From an uncultured Deferribacteres bacterium (lineage in GTDB: Bacteria > Zhuqueibacterota > Zhuqueibacteria > Zhuqueibacterales > Geothermadaptataceae), in contig CAXHAT010000060.1 of assembly GCA_964014485.1 (NCBI GenBank), positions 1-39,859 on the forward strand: 39,859 nucleotides of DNA, written 5' to 3'. Every line of letters begins with the position of its first letter. Position 1 is the stretch's first letter. The notes beneath the pieces are model-generated. The model made no database searches. It had not been told where the DNA came from and saw nothing but the letters and a program-made list of their open reading frames with translations. Positions 15,985 through 25,536 of this stretch are shown here, piece by piece. Position numbers and translations under genes: made by a program.

Positions 15985-18002
15985 TGTCCCTTTTTCTTTT
16001 TGTATTTTTGTTTTTGATTCGCGCGAATCTCGTCCACACGCAGCAGTCGTTGACCCCAGCCGTAACCGCCGCCGCCGTCCCTGCTCTCAGAGCCGAACCA
16101 GGTATAGTGCAATTCCGAATAGTGGGTATCGTCTTTGTCTTTACCTGGGCTGCCGGGCGGGTAGGAAATGCGGACGGATTGCGCTTCGCCGGGCAGCGGC
16201 CGGTCGAGGTTGAGCATGGTGAGCAGGTCGTGCATGTGCGGGATATCACGCAGCCCTTTCTCCGGCTCTGTGAGTTGGTTCCACGCCTTCAACTGCTCGC
16301 GGAACGCATCGAGATAGTTTTTGAGCGCTTCGTTTTGTGGCGCGCTGAAATCGATGGCCGCAGCGTGGTCGCTGAAACTTTTGTTTTCACCGAGATCGAA
16401 GAGATTTTCATAGCGTCTGGCGCGGTCGATGAGGGTGACTTTTTGGGCGGTGATTTTCACCGAGCCGAGACCGAGGGGCTTGCCGCCCCCGAGATGGTGC
16501 GCCAGGTTGCCGTCTTCCGGTAAAGTAAGCGTCCAGAGCAGCATGCCGAGCTCCGTCTCGCTCAAATTTTCGAACTCGATGGTGAACTCGAACCGTGCGC
16601 CGGGTCTGACGACGTCGACGCTGGAATTGGTCCTGGTGGGCGTGCGTTGCTGGCCTCGGGGCGGCAGCTTTTGGAAATAGGCTTTCCGATTGCCGCCGTC
16701 TTGCCAGCGCGATGCGTGGTGCCAATAGAACTTACGCCCGCGCGCCGGGGTCGTGCGCAGCTTGCCGTTTTTCAGCTCGACGTACTCTTCCTTGGCGACA
16801 GACTTGTCGTCCCGGCGACCATCTTGAGGAAACAGATAGAAGCTGCGACAGGAGGGCTTGGGCGTATTCAGGGTTTTCAGGCATTCGATGCGCTCCTGCT
16901 CCCATTCCGAGATACAGGCGGCGGCGCCAAAAGCAACGCGTCCGGCGCGAGCGTTGACTTTTGCCTGATGCCGGCTGCGCTCGTCGCTCGTCTCTTGCGA
17001 CGCCATGCCGAGCAGGGCGCACACCGGGCAAAGATGGTCAGGCTCCGTGCAGGGATGGAAGGAATTGGGAATCGCGTCGCGCGGATTGTAAGACCACTTG
17101 AAGCGAAAATTGCGGCCAAATTGGATGATATAGTCTCTGCCGTCGATCTCGGTAGTGCGGAAAAACCAGTGCGGATTGTGCCAGTCTTTCGGGAATTTGC
17201 GATTGATCGAATGGTTACGATAGTTTTTCAGCCAGAGCGGCGTCGTCCGAGCAATGTAATCAGGCTGCATATCCTCCGGTTTTTTCGCCCCTTCTTCCGG
17301 GTTGTCTTTGTCCAGGAACGTGAAATTCTCATCTCCGATCATTTTGTGATAAAGCTCGGCGATCTCTTCGGGAATGCGTTCAGTGCCGCCTGCTCTTGGA
17401 TAGTTTGGCCGCGTGAAGTACGGCTTTCTGCTGCGACGCTCATTCTGGTTGAAGAGACCTATTCGTAAAAAATCAATGTGTTTGTTCGGGGCGTCGAATC
17501 GGTCAGCCCGCTCTCCTTTTCCAGCGACAGTTTTCCCAATCATCTTGCCCACAGCACGGTCTTTGATTGTGTGGCTGCGATTGTCCCGAAACACGGCCAT
17601 ATTCTCGGTCAACACGCTCATACAGGAATTGGTGGCGGCCTCCATGACCGAGCGGATGGCGCCTTTGATGGAGGCGCCGGGGATATACGGCTTGTCGTCA
17701 ATGAGCAGCAGCGGCTTGACCTTGTGCCCCTCCGGTTGTTCGTAGATTTTTTCTCCATCAGGAATGGCCAATGGCGTGAGCGTTTCAATTTCGCAGGTGA
17801 TGCGGCCGCTCAGGCCGGCGAAGTTTTCGTGCGAAGGCGGTTTGGCTTTGGGCGGCGGATTTCCCGACTCGAACGGCACGAAGTTGTAGGGATTGATGAA
17901 ATCTCCCTCAGGATATTTGTCCTTGTCGTTGCTCTTATTCGGGGCGCGGCCATATTGCTTGCGCCCCTTCCACTGTCCCTGGTGATGATGTTTTTTCGGC
18001 AT
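15981..18002 (-). CDS. cas7: Type III-D Cas7 RAMP with large insertion (TIGR03986-like)
   Basis: FINPYNFVP, IPGASIKGAIRSVMEA, CPVCALLG, RGRKFYWHH and LGGGKPLGLGSV motifs. Confidence 0.92.
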   Translation of the reverse strand: MPKKHHHQGQWKGRKQYGRAPNKSNDKDKYPEGDFINPYNFVPFESGNPPPKAKPPSHENFAGLSGRITCEIETLTPLAIPDGEKIYEQPEGHKVKPLLLIDDKPYIPGASIKGAIRSVMEAATNSCMSVLTENMAVFRDNRSHTIKDRAVGKMIGKTVAGKGERADRFDAPNKHIDFLRIGLFNQNERRSRKPYFTRPNYPRAGGTERIPEEIAELYHKMIGDENFTFLDKDNPEEGAKKPEDMQPDYIARTTPLWLKNYRNHSINRKFPKDWHNPHWFFRTTEIDGRDYIIQFGRNFRFKWSYNPRDAIPNSFHPCTEPDHLCPVCALLGMASQETSDERSRHQAKVNARAGRVAFGAAACISEWEQERIECLKTLNTPKPSCRSFYLFPQDGRRDDKSVAKEEYVELKNGKLRTTPARGRKFYWHHASRWQDGGNRKAYFQKLPPRGQQRTPTRTNSSVDVVRPGARFEFTIEFENLSETELGMLLWTLTLPEDGNLAHHLGGGKPLGLGSVKITAQKVTLIDRARRYENLFDLGENKSFSDHAAAIDFSAPQNEALKNYLDAFREQLKAWNQLTEPEKGLRDIPHMHDLLTMLNLDRPLPGEAQSVRISYPPGSPGKDKDDTHYSELHYTWFGSESRDGGGGYGWGQRLLRVDEIRANQKQKYKKKKGQ

Positions 18003-18021
18003 TTTATGGACTCCTGATTGT

Positions 18022-18588
18022 TTAGTTTTTGCGCACCGCGCTCAGGCCGCAACGTCTGGCGGCGACCGTTTGCCCGGCGGCATCGACATACTCCAGAACC
18101 TCGAGACAAGCTGCATCGTATTCGCGTTCGACGCCGCCGATCTCAGGCGGGACGGGGTAATGCATCTCTTGCGGGATTCGCAATTCCACCCAAGCGTCAC
18201 GCTCTTCGATATATTCGGTTCCCCACAGAACAAAGGTTCGCTTTTTCGGGCCGTCATGTGCTCGTATGCATTCATCTTTTTCAAAATGCCACGTTTCGTC
18301 GAGATCGCCGAAGACGCCGGCGCTGGTGAGAACGAGCCAGAACTGCTCGCCCACACGTCGCCAATGCACCTCAGCCGTTTTGTTCCAGACGCTCCCGCTC
18401 AGGCAGGACCAGCTTTTGGTTTTCAGATTGGCGAGAATGTCGCTGAAATGCGTCAATTGCGCAGCCTCGTCCCACCATTCGACTTCGGCGTGCTCGAATT
18501 GCACGCTGGCGTGCAGTTTTTCCAGCACATCCGCGAGCTCGGCCACGCCTACCGGCGTGCGCGACCAGAGATGGAGTTGGTCCGGCAT
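18022..18588 (-). CDS. csx19: Csx19-like type III-D subunit
   Basis: Position between cas7x2 and cas7-insertion; LWG...ELRIP...YP and C-terminal LEVLEYVD..G...ARRCGL pattern; start MPDQ at 18588 with AGGAG RBS. Confidence 0.7.
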   Translation of the reverse strand: MPDQLHLWSRTPVGVAELADVLEKLHASVQFEHAEVEWWDEAAQLTHFSDILANLKTKSWSCLSGSVWNKTAEVHWRRVGEQFWLVLTSAGVFGDLDETWHFEKDECIRAHDGPKKRTFVLWGTEYIEERDAWVELRIPQEMHYPVPPEIGGVEREYDAACLEVLEYVDAAGQTVAARRCGLSAVRKN

Positions 18589-18695
18589 ACTTTTTCTCCT
18601 TTGTTTGTAGTCCATGCTTTAGCATGCTTTTGAGTTCAAGTATGTAACAAGTTCGCGACATTGGGCTTCAGCCTGAACTCCGAACCCATTCAACA

Positions 18696-20720
18696 TCAGG
18701 CCCGCCGTCCATAAAAGACGCTCGGTTTTGCTTCGCAATCCAATTGTTCCATGAAGGCTGCGTGGCAGTCTGCAATCAATTTTGCGGTAGGCGTTTCTTC
18801 GTCAGGCGGCGCAGTCGACCATCTCGCCGCTCCAAAAAGCTCGTGCAATGGCAAGAAAAACAGGCTGTAGGGAATGGCCTTCGGGCTTTCCGCGGCCGCG
18901 AATCCATACTTGCTGAACATGTCGTGCAATTGCGAGCCTTGCAGCAACAGGGCGAAAGCGCCGTCCAAAGCTTCGCCGTCCGGTTCTTTTACCCAGGCGC
19001 GCATTTTACCGTAGCCGCGCCGCGTGGCGTGGCCGATGCGCATGTCGCCGTTGTGCAGGTCTTTCAGCACTAACGCGAGCAAGCCGAGCATCCACGCTTC
19101 CGGGCGCTCGAGGTGCAGGCGGAGCGCAAAGAGCGGCGCCTTGTTTTCCGCGGGCATGAGCGGCCGGGCGTCGTACTTTTTCGCTTCCGCGGCGCCGCCG
19201 GCAAAGCGGTCGATGGCGACATGGTCGAAGAGCTTTGTCCGCACCACATTCTCATTGATCAGATGGCCTTCACCGGCAAACAGGCGTCCGCGCATCATGC
19301 TGTTGCCAAACAGGCGGCAGGCCATACAGGAGCGCTCGTAAACCTCCCACGCCTGCATTTTCTCTGCCTCTCGCTGCTCTTTCGATTTGGCAAAGCAGCC
19401 GCCGAGAGTGTCGTCATTTCCTGTGCGCTTGCGGGTGACAGCGCAGGCGCAAATACGTTTTTTATACTCGACTTCGTCGCCGTGCGCCTGATGAAAATTG
19501 AGCGTGCGGATGATCTTTTCGGCGCGCGTGCGCAAAATGCCTTTAAGCGACGAACCGGGCAGGAAATAACATTCGCGGCCGCCAGCGAGCAGCGTGCGCA
19601 CAAACGGTTTATCGGAAGGGTATGAAACGTCGAAATCGGGCAGGCTGGCGGCGACGACGGCCGGCTCGAGAAAAGCGACCGTAAGGTCGATAAAGAGATG
19701 CTGCGGCAGAAAGTGCTGCGGCTCTTCCGGCGTCGCCTTGTGAATAGTTGTTGGCACGTCAGTCAGACAGGCATCGAGTTCAGCGCGGGTTTTGAATGCC
19801 TGTTCCGGCAGATCATCGAAGCCGTTTACTCGCAGCCACGCCGATTTCGGATCGTCTTCATTTTCATCGATTTCTTCGTCTGATGAGTCGTTCACCTCGC
19901 TGTCCGATGGCGCTTCCGTTTCAGCGATTTCATCATCTGATGATTCGTTCGCCTCATTTTTGGGCGGCGATTCGGTCTCTTCGCTTGTTTCTCCACCATC
20001 GCTTGCTTCGGCTTCCGCTACCGAGGTCAGGCTCAAGTAATGGCGGAGAATGTCGTCGTTTTCGAAATTCAGCAGATAAAAACGCAGCGAATCCTGGATG
20101 ATTTTGGCCTGTCCCAACCCGGTGGTGACGCGGCCGCCCAAGTGAAAGCCGGTGGCCTGCCAGAGATCGAGCACGGCGAGCATCAATTGCAAATCGATTG
20201 CTTTCGGCGACTCGATGGTGATTTCGAAATGAAAGCGGCTGTCACCCGGCGCCACTTCGCGATCGAATTGCAGGTTTGGTTCCGCCGCGCCGGTCTCGCG
20301 GCTGATGCCGACATGGTCGCGGACTTCGGTTGCGAAGCCTTCGGCGGCATCGCTTTTTCGATCATCGTTCGGCAGCAGAAGCGCATCTTCGACAAACAGG
20401 CGCGAGGCTTGGCCGCCGCGGTCGGCTTCCTGGTCTTTCGGGCCGCGACCGAACAGCGCGCAGACCGGGCAGCCTTCGTCCTTTCGATCATCACAGGCTT
20501 CATACCCGGTCAAAAAACGGCACAGTTCTTCGGCAACTGAGCGCAACAGGCCGGCCAGAGAAGAGCCGGGGATATAAGGCTCGCCGCCGGCCGTGCGGCT
20601 GATGGCCATCTCCGAGATGCGGCTGGCCGTGCCGCTGCCGAGGTGGAATGCCGCCGACGCCGTGATCTCGCCGCGCGCAACCCAGCGGTCGACCTTGCCC
20701 GATGATACGATATTATTCAT
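18696..20720 (-). CDS. cas7: Tandem Cas7-Cas7 (Csm3x2) RAMP fusion with acidic linker
   Basis: Two RAMP units: IPGSSLAGLLR/CPVCALFG/LGGRVTTGLG and LPGSSLKGILR/CMACRLFG/DHVAIDRF/IGHATRRGYG. Confidence 0.92.
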   Translation of the reverse strand: MNNIVSSGKVDRWVARGEITASAAFHLGSGTASRISEMAISRTAGGEPYIPGSSLAGLLRSVAEELCRFLTGYEACDDRKDEGCPVCALFGRGPKDQEADRGGQASRLFVEDALLLPNDDRKSDAAEGFATEVRDHVGISRETGAAEPNLQFDREVAPGDSRFHFEITIESPKAIDLQLMLAVLDLWQATGFHLGGRVTTGLGQAKIIQDSLRFYLLNFENDDILRHYLSLTSVAEAEASDGGETSEETESPPKNEANESSDDEIAETEAPSDSEVNDSSDEEIDENEDDPKSAWLRVNGFDDLPEQAFKTRAELDACLTDVPTTIHKATPEEPQHFLPQHLFIDLTVAFLEPAVVAASLPDFDVSYPSDKPFVRTLLAGGRECYFLPGSSLKGILRTRAEKIIRTLNFHQAHGDEVEYKKRICACAVTRKRTGNDDTLGGCFAKSKEQREAEKMQAWEVYERSCMACRLFGNSMMRGRLFAGEGHLINENVVRTKLFDHVAIDRFAGGAAEAKKYDARPLMPAENKAPLFALRLHLERPEAWMLGLLALVLKDLHNGDMRIGHATRRGYGKMRAWVKEPDGEALDGAFALLLQGSQLHDMFSKYGFAAAESPKAIPYSLFFLPLHELFGAARWSTAPPDEETPTAKLIADCHAAFMEQLDCEAKPSVFYGRRA

Positions 20721-21264
20721 TGCGCAGCCTCCAGATAATTCGTGCGATCAGCTCGCGCAGCGCGGCTTTGAGCAAGCGATCTTCGAAGCTCTCGAAAACT
20801 ATGTCTTCGCGATCCGCGGCTTCTTCCAGCTCCGAATCCAATTTATCCATCTCTTCCTGTCGGATTGTCAAGCGTTTCCACGATTTGGAGTTGGCGATCA
20901 CGCTGCGAGCGAAGCGTATGGCTTCTTCGGCGGGCGATTCTTGCGGGGCTTCACACCATTTCAAAAACGTGGCGGCCAGTTTTTGCGTGTTGGCGCGTTT
21001 CCGGCCTTCTTCGACCTTCAAAAATCCCTTCCAGGTTTGCAGGTTGTCGTCGCGCAGAAATATATTTTCGAACAGGCGGGCGCTGTGCCCGATACGGGTT
21101 TTGCTTTTGTCCAGAAAGTTCTTCGCTTCCGCTCCTGCCAGGTGATCGAGCTTTTCCTGGATTTCCCGCAGAAGCAGGTCGAGCGCCAGTTGGCCATCCG
21201 GTTCCCACCCCTTAGTGAGACGGAGGAGCGGGCGAAAAAAATCACTGATTTCAAAAGTATTCAT
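20713..21264 (-). CDS. cas11: Probable small subunit Cas11 (Csm2-like)
   Basis: 183 aa helical protein; ATGA overlap with the cas5 stop; position after cas5 mirrors the Cas7-Cas5-Cas11 order of III-D variants. The call is mainly positional. Confidence 0.6.
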   Translation of the reverse strand: MNTFEISDFFRPLLRLTKGWEPDGQLALDLLLREIQEKLDHLAGAEAKNFLDKSKTRIGHSARLFENIFLRDDNLQTWKGFLKVEEGRKRANTQKLAATFLKWCEAPQESPAEEAIRFARSVIANSKSWKRLTIRQEEMDKLDSELEEAADREDIVFESFEDRLLKAALRELIARIIWRLRNE

Positions 21265-22382
21265 AAGGCGATCCCCGGCTGTTGGTTTTCGAACATGGCC
21301 ATGTGCAGTGGCGCCGAAAAGGTGATTTGCCCGAAGCCTTCTTCGCGACGCAGTCCGGCGCCGTTCTGAGCCAGCCCCTGCATCCACTGCGTGATTTCGT
21401 CTTCATCCCCGTCTTTGAAATGGAGCAAAGCAGTCGATCCCATGCTGATGGCGATGTCGTCGGGCTTGAACATTTTGCCGACGCCGCTCCAGCCAGCGAC
21501 TTTGCGCCATGTGGCGAAGCTGTTTTCGACTTCAACCGTGATGGCCGTCGGGAGCCCCAAAGCGCAGTGCAACGTCTGATTATCGATGCAGGTTATCGGT
21601 CGCAGCAGACGGTCGATGAGGATGGCGTCGGAAGCGAAAGTCATCGCGGCCCAGCGTTTTTCTTTACTTTGCCAAGCGTGTAATTCCGGCGTCTCCACGG
21701 GCCGATTGAAGCTGTCGAAATCGAAGTCGGCTTTGCCGCTGCGCCTTTTGCCAATGAAACCGGCAATTCTTCCATTGAACAGCTTGATCAGCTCGGCGGC
21801 GCGGCCATCATCGCTGGCAAGCGTTCCCTGGAACTGCTCGCCAGCAGGAATTTCCGATTGCACGAATAGCGCGCCTTCCCTGGGAGCGCCGCTTTGCGTA
21901 ACGGAGGTGCGCATTCGCAAGGCCCGGGACGTCGGATGGCTTTTCAGGTCGTGGGCCGGGCCAGTATAAAAGCGCAACTCGTGGTCGACGAGGGCGTGGC
22001 CGCATTGCTCATGCTCGCAGCGGCGCTCGTTCGCATTCGAGTCCGCTTCGAAGAGCAAATCAACAACGCCGTGCGGCGGCGCTAACAGAGCGGATGTATC
22101 GTTCCTAAACCCCGGAAAGCGTTTGCACGTAAAAGCGGAAAGCGACAGCGGCCGGGAAATGTCCAGGTAGAAATTGGAAAAACGGACGCCGCCGGGCCCG
22201 AAAAATCTTCGGAATTCTTCTGATTCTGCCGACCGGCCGGATGCGAGATAGCAACCGGCAAGCGCGCCGCGAACCGTCGAGCCGGGAATGTAGCCTGAAG
22301 AAAAAACTTCGTTGCCGAGCGCCGGCGTCTCGCTGAGGCAAGCCGGAGTTCGCAATAGCAGCCTTACACCACGCAGCATCAT
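21261..22382 (-). CDS. cas5: Cas5-group RAMP (Csx10-like)
   Basis: YIPGSTVRGALA, VRFSNFY, VAGWS..., MGS and GAGLRREEGFGQI motifs; start at 22382 with GGAGG RBS and ATGA overlap. Confidence 0.85.
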   Translation of the reverse strand: MMLRGVRLLLRTPACLSETPALGNEVFSSGYIPGSTVRGALAGCYLASGRSAESEEFRRFFGPGGVRFSNFYLDISRPLSLSAFTCKRFPGFRNDTSALLAPPHGVVDLLFEADSNANERRCEHEQCGHALVDHELRFYTGPAHDLKSHPTSRALRMRTSVTQSGAPREGALFVQSEIPAGEQFQGTLASDDGRAAELIKLFNGRIAGFIGKRRSGKADFDFDSFNRPVETPELHAWQSKEKRWAAMTFASDAILIDRLLRPITCIDNQTLHCALGLPTAITVEVENSFATWRKVAGWSGVGKMFKPDDIAISMGSTALLHFKDGDEDEITQWMQGLAQNGAGLRREEGFGQITFSAPLHMAMFENQQPGIAL

Positions 22383-23131
22383 AATGTTCCTCCCAACCAA
22401 TTTGTTAGAGCATCTAATGCCGCTTGGTTCCCATTATTCTCGCCGTCTTTCCTGAACTCGAAGCGGCAGCGCCCGCGTCCGCGCCGACGTCCGCCGCCGA
22501 GCCGACAGGTAAAAAGCAACGAGGCCGCTAACCAGGCCCGAGAATCCTGGTTATTCGCGACTGACCGTATCGGCTGCATGCATTCGATACTGCCATATAA
22601 GTCTGCTGCAGGCGCGACGACTTCGGTGCTGAAGAGATGATGAGCTTGGGCGCGCCGCGTCCGCGGATCGATGGAAGCCTGCGCCCGGCTGCGGCTGTCT
22701 CGGAACTCCAACTCGGCGCTTTTGGTATTGTCGCGATAGCGGCCAGCATACTCGGCCGGTGAAAACCAAAGTGACGCGGGCAGCAGCGGCGAGCCGAAAA
22801 GAGCGCAAATCAGGCAGACGGTCTGAGCGCTGTTGCTACAATACTCGGTAGGAGACTCTTTTTCTTTGTCGCCTAGGAAAAAGTATTTCTGGCCCTGACA
22901 GATAAGTTTATCAATATGTTCATCATCTCGACAGCGATATTCGATGAGTTGACGGCAACTTTCCCGCACCAATCCTTTGATTTCGCTGCCGGGCACATAC
23001 GCGAAGTCTTCGTGATCGCGCACGACCATCTCATCCAAAACGCCGGGCACGCCGACGCCGCTGCCGATCTGAAAATCTCCCCAGATCCGCAGCGAATAGG
23101 CGATGGGCTTGAAGCCGGAATGTGTGTTCAT
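22379..23131 (-). CDS. cas7: Cas7 (Csm3-like) RAMP
   Basis: IGSG..GVLDEMVVRD, YVPGSEIKGLVR, CLICALFGS and LGGGRRRGRG motifs. Confidence 0.92.
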   Translation of the reverse strand: MNTHSGFKPIAYSLRIWGDFQIGSGVGVPGVLDEMVVRDHEDFAYVPGSEIKGLVRESCRQLIEYRCRDDEHIDKLICQGQKYFFLGDKEKESPTEYCSNSAQTVCLICALFGSPLLPASLWFSPAEYAGRYRDNTKSAELEFRDSRSRAQASIDPRTRRAQAHHLFSTEVVAPAADLYGSIECMQPIRSVANNQDSRAWLAASLLFTCRLGGGRRRGRGRCRFEFRKDGENNGNQAALDALTNWLGGTL

Positions 23132-23143
23132 GGCATGTTCCCT

Positions 23144-24781
23144 TCAAGATTCAGGTGAGAAGTCGACGATTTCGAGCGCATCCGGCAGCGGCGTTTGGCC
23201 GGATTTGCTGCTTTTTAACTTGCCTTTCAACTCGATGAACGGATTTTTCGCCGAGCACGCGAGCTCTTCGAGTGCGCTTGCGACCGGTCCGGGCTTGCGA
23301 TCCGAGCTGGCTGGATCATTCCGCTGCAAAGCAAAGCGCAAAGCGTGGGTTGCGTTTTCCTTTCCCCGCCAGAATTCGGCGTAAAGCCATTTGCGCTTGC
23401 TTTGCGGGATATTTTCGGCAAGGGCGGCGCGCAAGGCCAGCAGGCACCGGAAATCGGAAAGCGTGTAGGGACGTGCGGTCAGTTCCGGCCTGTTATGCGA
23501 ACCATAGCGTTCTCTCAGCGTCTCAAGGTCTTCGGCATTCGGCGTGGTAATCACCGCGAAGTCGATTCCGGAGAATTCGTGCGCGTCGGGCCTGATACTT
23601 TCGGCGCGCTTGGCGCTTCTGCGCAATTGCCTGGACAGGCGATTGAAGGCAGAGATCGGAAAATGCGGTTTAGCGACGGCGATGCCGATGGCAAGCGTCA
23701 GGGGAGAGGGATTACCTGGCGAAGGCTCCTGAAAATAGAGCTTCGCGCGCTTCAGCTTTCTGCTAAAAAAAGAGGTAATCGCCGATTGAATATGCTCGTT
23801 TTTCCGAGAGAGTTCCTTGAAGCTCTCCGCCCATGCGAGCGCAAAATCGAAGGCGAACTCCGCCGGCATCAGCACAGTGAAGTCATCGCCGCCGGAGATG
23901 ATCGGCATCATTCTAAACCTGGTTTCCCGGTTGGGGGCGAATTCGGTTTTCGTGAGAAACCGATACAGCCGCTCATCTTGGCGTATCGCATGCACAATGG
24001 CGTCTCTACCGAGATCGTCCAGCGCTTGCGAGAATTTTCGATAGGAGTCCGGATCATCAATGCTATCGTGCAGTGAGCCAATGCCGTTGCCGTCCGCCGA
24101 GACCATCGCCAGATAATTCCGCTCGCCCCTGTCCGGCCAAAGGTTTTCGATATTGTGACAGGAGCGCAACGCCGACATTTCTCGTTCTCGCAGCGCTTTG
24201 CGGAGACTTTGTTCGAAAGGAATATTTTCAATTCTAACTTCAATGCGTTTTGCGCAAGATTCGCACAAATACTTGAATTCGCCGGGGTCGCCTTCTGCAA
24301 ATTTGAAATTCGGTTTGTCGTTCTCTTGATTGAAAATCGCTGGATTTTGTTTGCAAAGTTCGCAGTGGCGCAAATGCCCGCCCGAAGGCAAAGAATCCGG
24401 CCACCCGTTGCGTACCGTGTTTTGCTGCTTTTTGGAGCGAATGTCAGCGAACGCTTCTTGTAAAGCCGACGAAAAATCAGCGTTGGAAGAATGGCCGATA
24501 GTGAGAGTCAGAGATGGTCCGCCAATCTCTTTTGTCGCATTATGCAACTGGCCGTTAATCTCCATGCATTTGCTATCGGGTAAATCCTGGAATTGAGCAA
24601 CCAACTGCCCTCCTTGGTGGCGCAGACAGTCCCCGTCGTTGGTTTCGACGATCGTTTTCATCACTTCGCCCAACATCTCGATTAGGGCTGACGATCCCCG
24701 AACTGCACGCAATTGCCCAGCGCCAAAAACATATTCTTGAATATGATCCACGTCTGCAATGACAATCGTTTGAGAGTTCAT
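23144..24781 (-). CDS. cas10: Cas10 large subunit with intact cyclase Palm domain and no HD domain
   Basis: DVDHIQEYVF...VRGSS N-terminus, CELC...CESC Zn finger, ADGNGIG and SGGDDF; 545 aa. Confidence 0.95.
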   Translation of the reverse strand: MNSQTIVIADVDHIQEYVFGAGQLRAVRGSSALIEMLGEVMKTIVETNDGDCLRHQGGQLVAQFQDLPDSKCMEINGQLHNATKEIGGPSLTLTIGHSSNADFSSALQEAFADIRSKKQQNTVRNGWPDSLPSGGHLRHCELCKQNPAIFNQENDKPNFKFAEGDPGEFKYLCESCAKRIEVRIENIPFEQSLRKALREREMSALRSCHNIENLWPDRGERNYLAMVSADGNGIGSLHDSIDDPDSYRKFSQALDDLGRDAIVHAIRQDERLYRFLTKTEFAPNRETRFRMMPIISGGDDFTVLMPAEFAFDFALAWAESFKELSRKNEHIQSAITSFFSRKLKRAKLYFQEPSPGNPSPLTLAIGIAVAKPHFPISAFNRLSRQLRRSAKRAESIRPDAHEFSGIDFAVITTPNAEDLETLRERYGSHNRPELTARPYTLSDFRCLLALRAALAENIPQSKRKWLYAEFWRGKENATHALRFALQRNDPASSDRKPGPVASALEELACSAKNPFIELKGKLKSSKSGQTPLPDALEIVDFSPES

Positions 24782-25228
24782 TTGCAGGCTCCTTAAGACT
24801 GTTTTTCGTTATCGAGTACTCGTTGTTTTATGAATTGAAGCGAAAGATGGCTTGCTGGCGTAAATCGAATCTGATGGAAGGCTTCTCTGGAAGGAAATTC
24901 CAGTTGTTCAGTGGCCCTAATGGTCTGAGTCAGAACGCTCAGAAACAAGGGAAGGCGATGACACCTGGATCTTTCACCGATGGTAACGGCGGCCATTGAT
25001 TAATTCCCCTCTTAAACCAAAACGCGAACGTTTGTGAATCTACTAATAAATGATTAAGGAAGGCGACAAACGCAAGATAAAGATTCCCAAAACTGACGGT
25101 CCTTAAGATGCTTACATTGTACGATCACAAACTCGGCGCAGAACGCGATTATTCGTCTGCGTCAAACTTGCGTCATTTTAGCGTTAAAATCTGTCTATTC
25201 CTGTCCACATTTGACCCTGCCCCAAAAT

Positions 25229-25256
25229 AAAAAAGGGAATCAAAGCTGATTCCCTT
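25229..25256 (-). terminator. Rho-independent terminator-like hairpin downstream of the tRNA fragment
   Basis: AAGGGAATC-6nt-GATTCCCTT stem followed by a T tract on the minus strand. Confidence 0.7.
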
Positions 25257-25283
25257 GTGTCGTAAAAACAAATATTTACGTAA

Positions 25284-25326
25284 GTAGCGGGGGGCGGATT
25301 TGAACCACCGACCTTCAGGTTATGAG
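25284..25326 (-). other. 3' half of tRNA-Met(CAT), initiator-like; att-site remnant, not an intact tRNA
   Basis: Minus strand CTCATAACCTGAAGGTCGGTGGTTCAAATCCGCCCCCCGCTAC gives the anticodon loop, T arm and 3' acceptor strand; the 5' acceptor strand and D arm are missing. Confidence 0.85.
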
Positions 25327-25536
25327 ACCAACGATATTTCGAAAAAACGGGCGTAAACCACTGTTTTTTGGTACAGTCTCAAAAATCTTGCGTCATTTTA
25401 GCGTTATTTTTCAAAAATTCTACTTTGAATAGTATGCGAATTTGCCTGCTCCTGAAAATCAAAACAATGATAAATGTAACTATCACATAAAGAAATGTTG
25501 TGCTGCCTCAGCGTGAATCGGACAAACGGCTTAAAT

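Larger units (their letters stand above)
25167..25406. repeat. 20-bp direct repeats flanking the tRNA fragment (possible integrase arm-type sites)
   Basis: CTTGCGTCATTTTAGCGTTA at 25167..25186 and 25387..25406; an extra TGCGTCA lies just before the first copy. Confidence 0.85.

Noticed and set aside
24793..24996. 67-aa ORF upstream of cas10
   Set aside because: Has a plausible RBS but no recognisable features; insufficient support
25284..25360. Intact tRNA-Met gene
   Set aside because: The 5' acceptor strand and D arm are missing and the anticodon stem does not pair; treated as an att remnant
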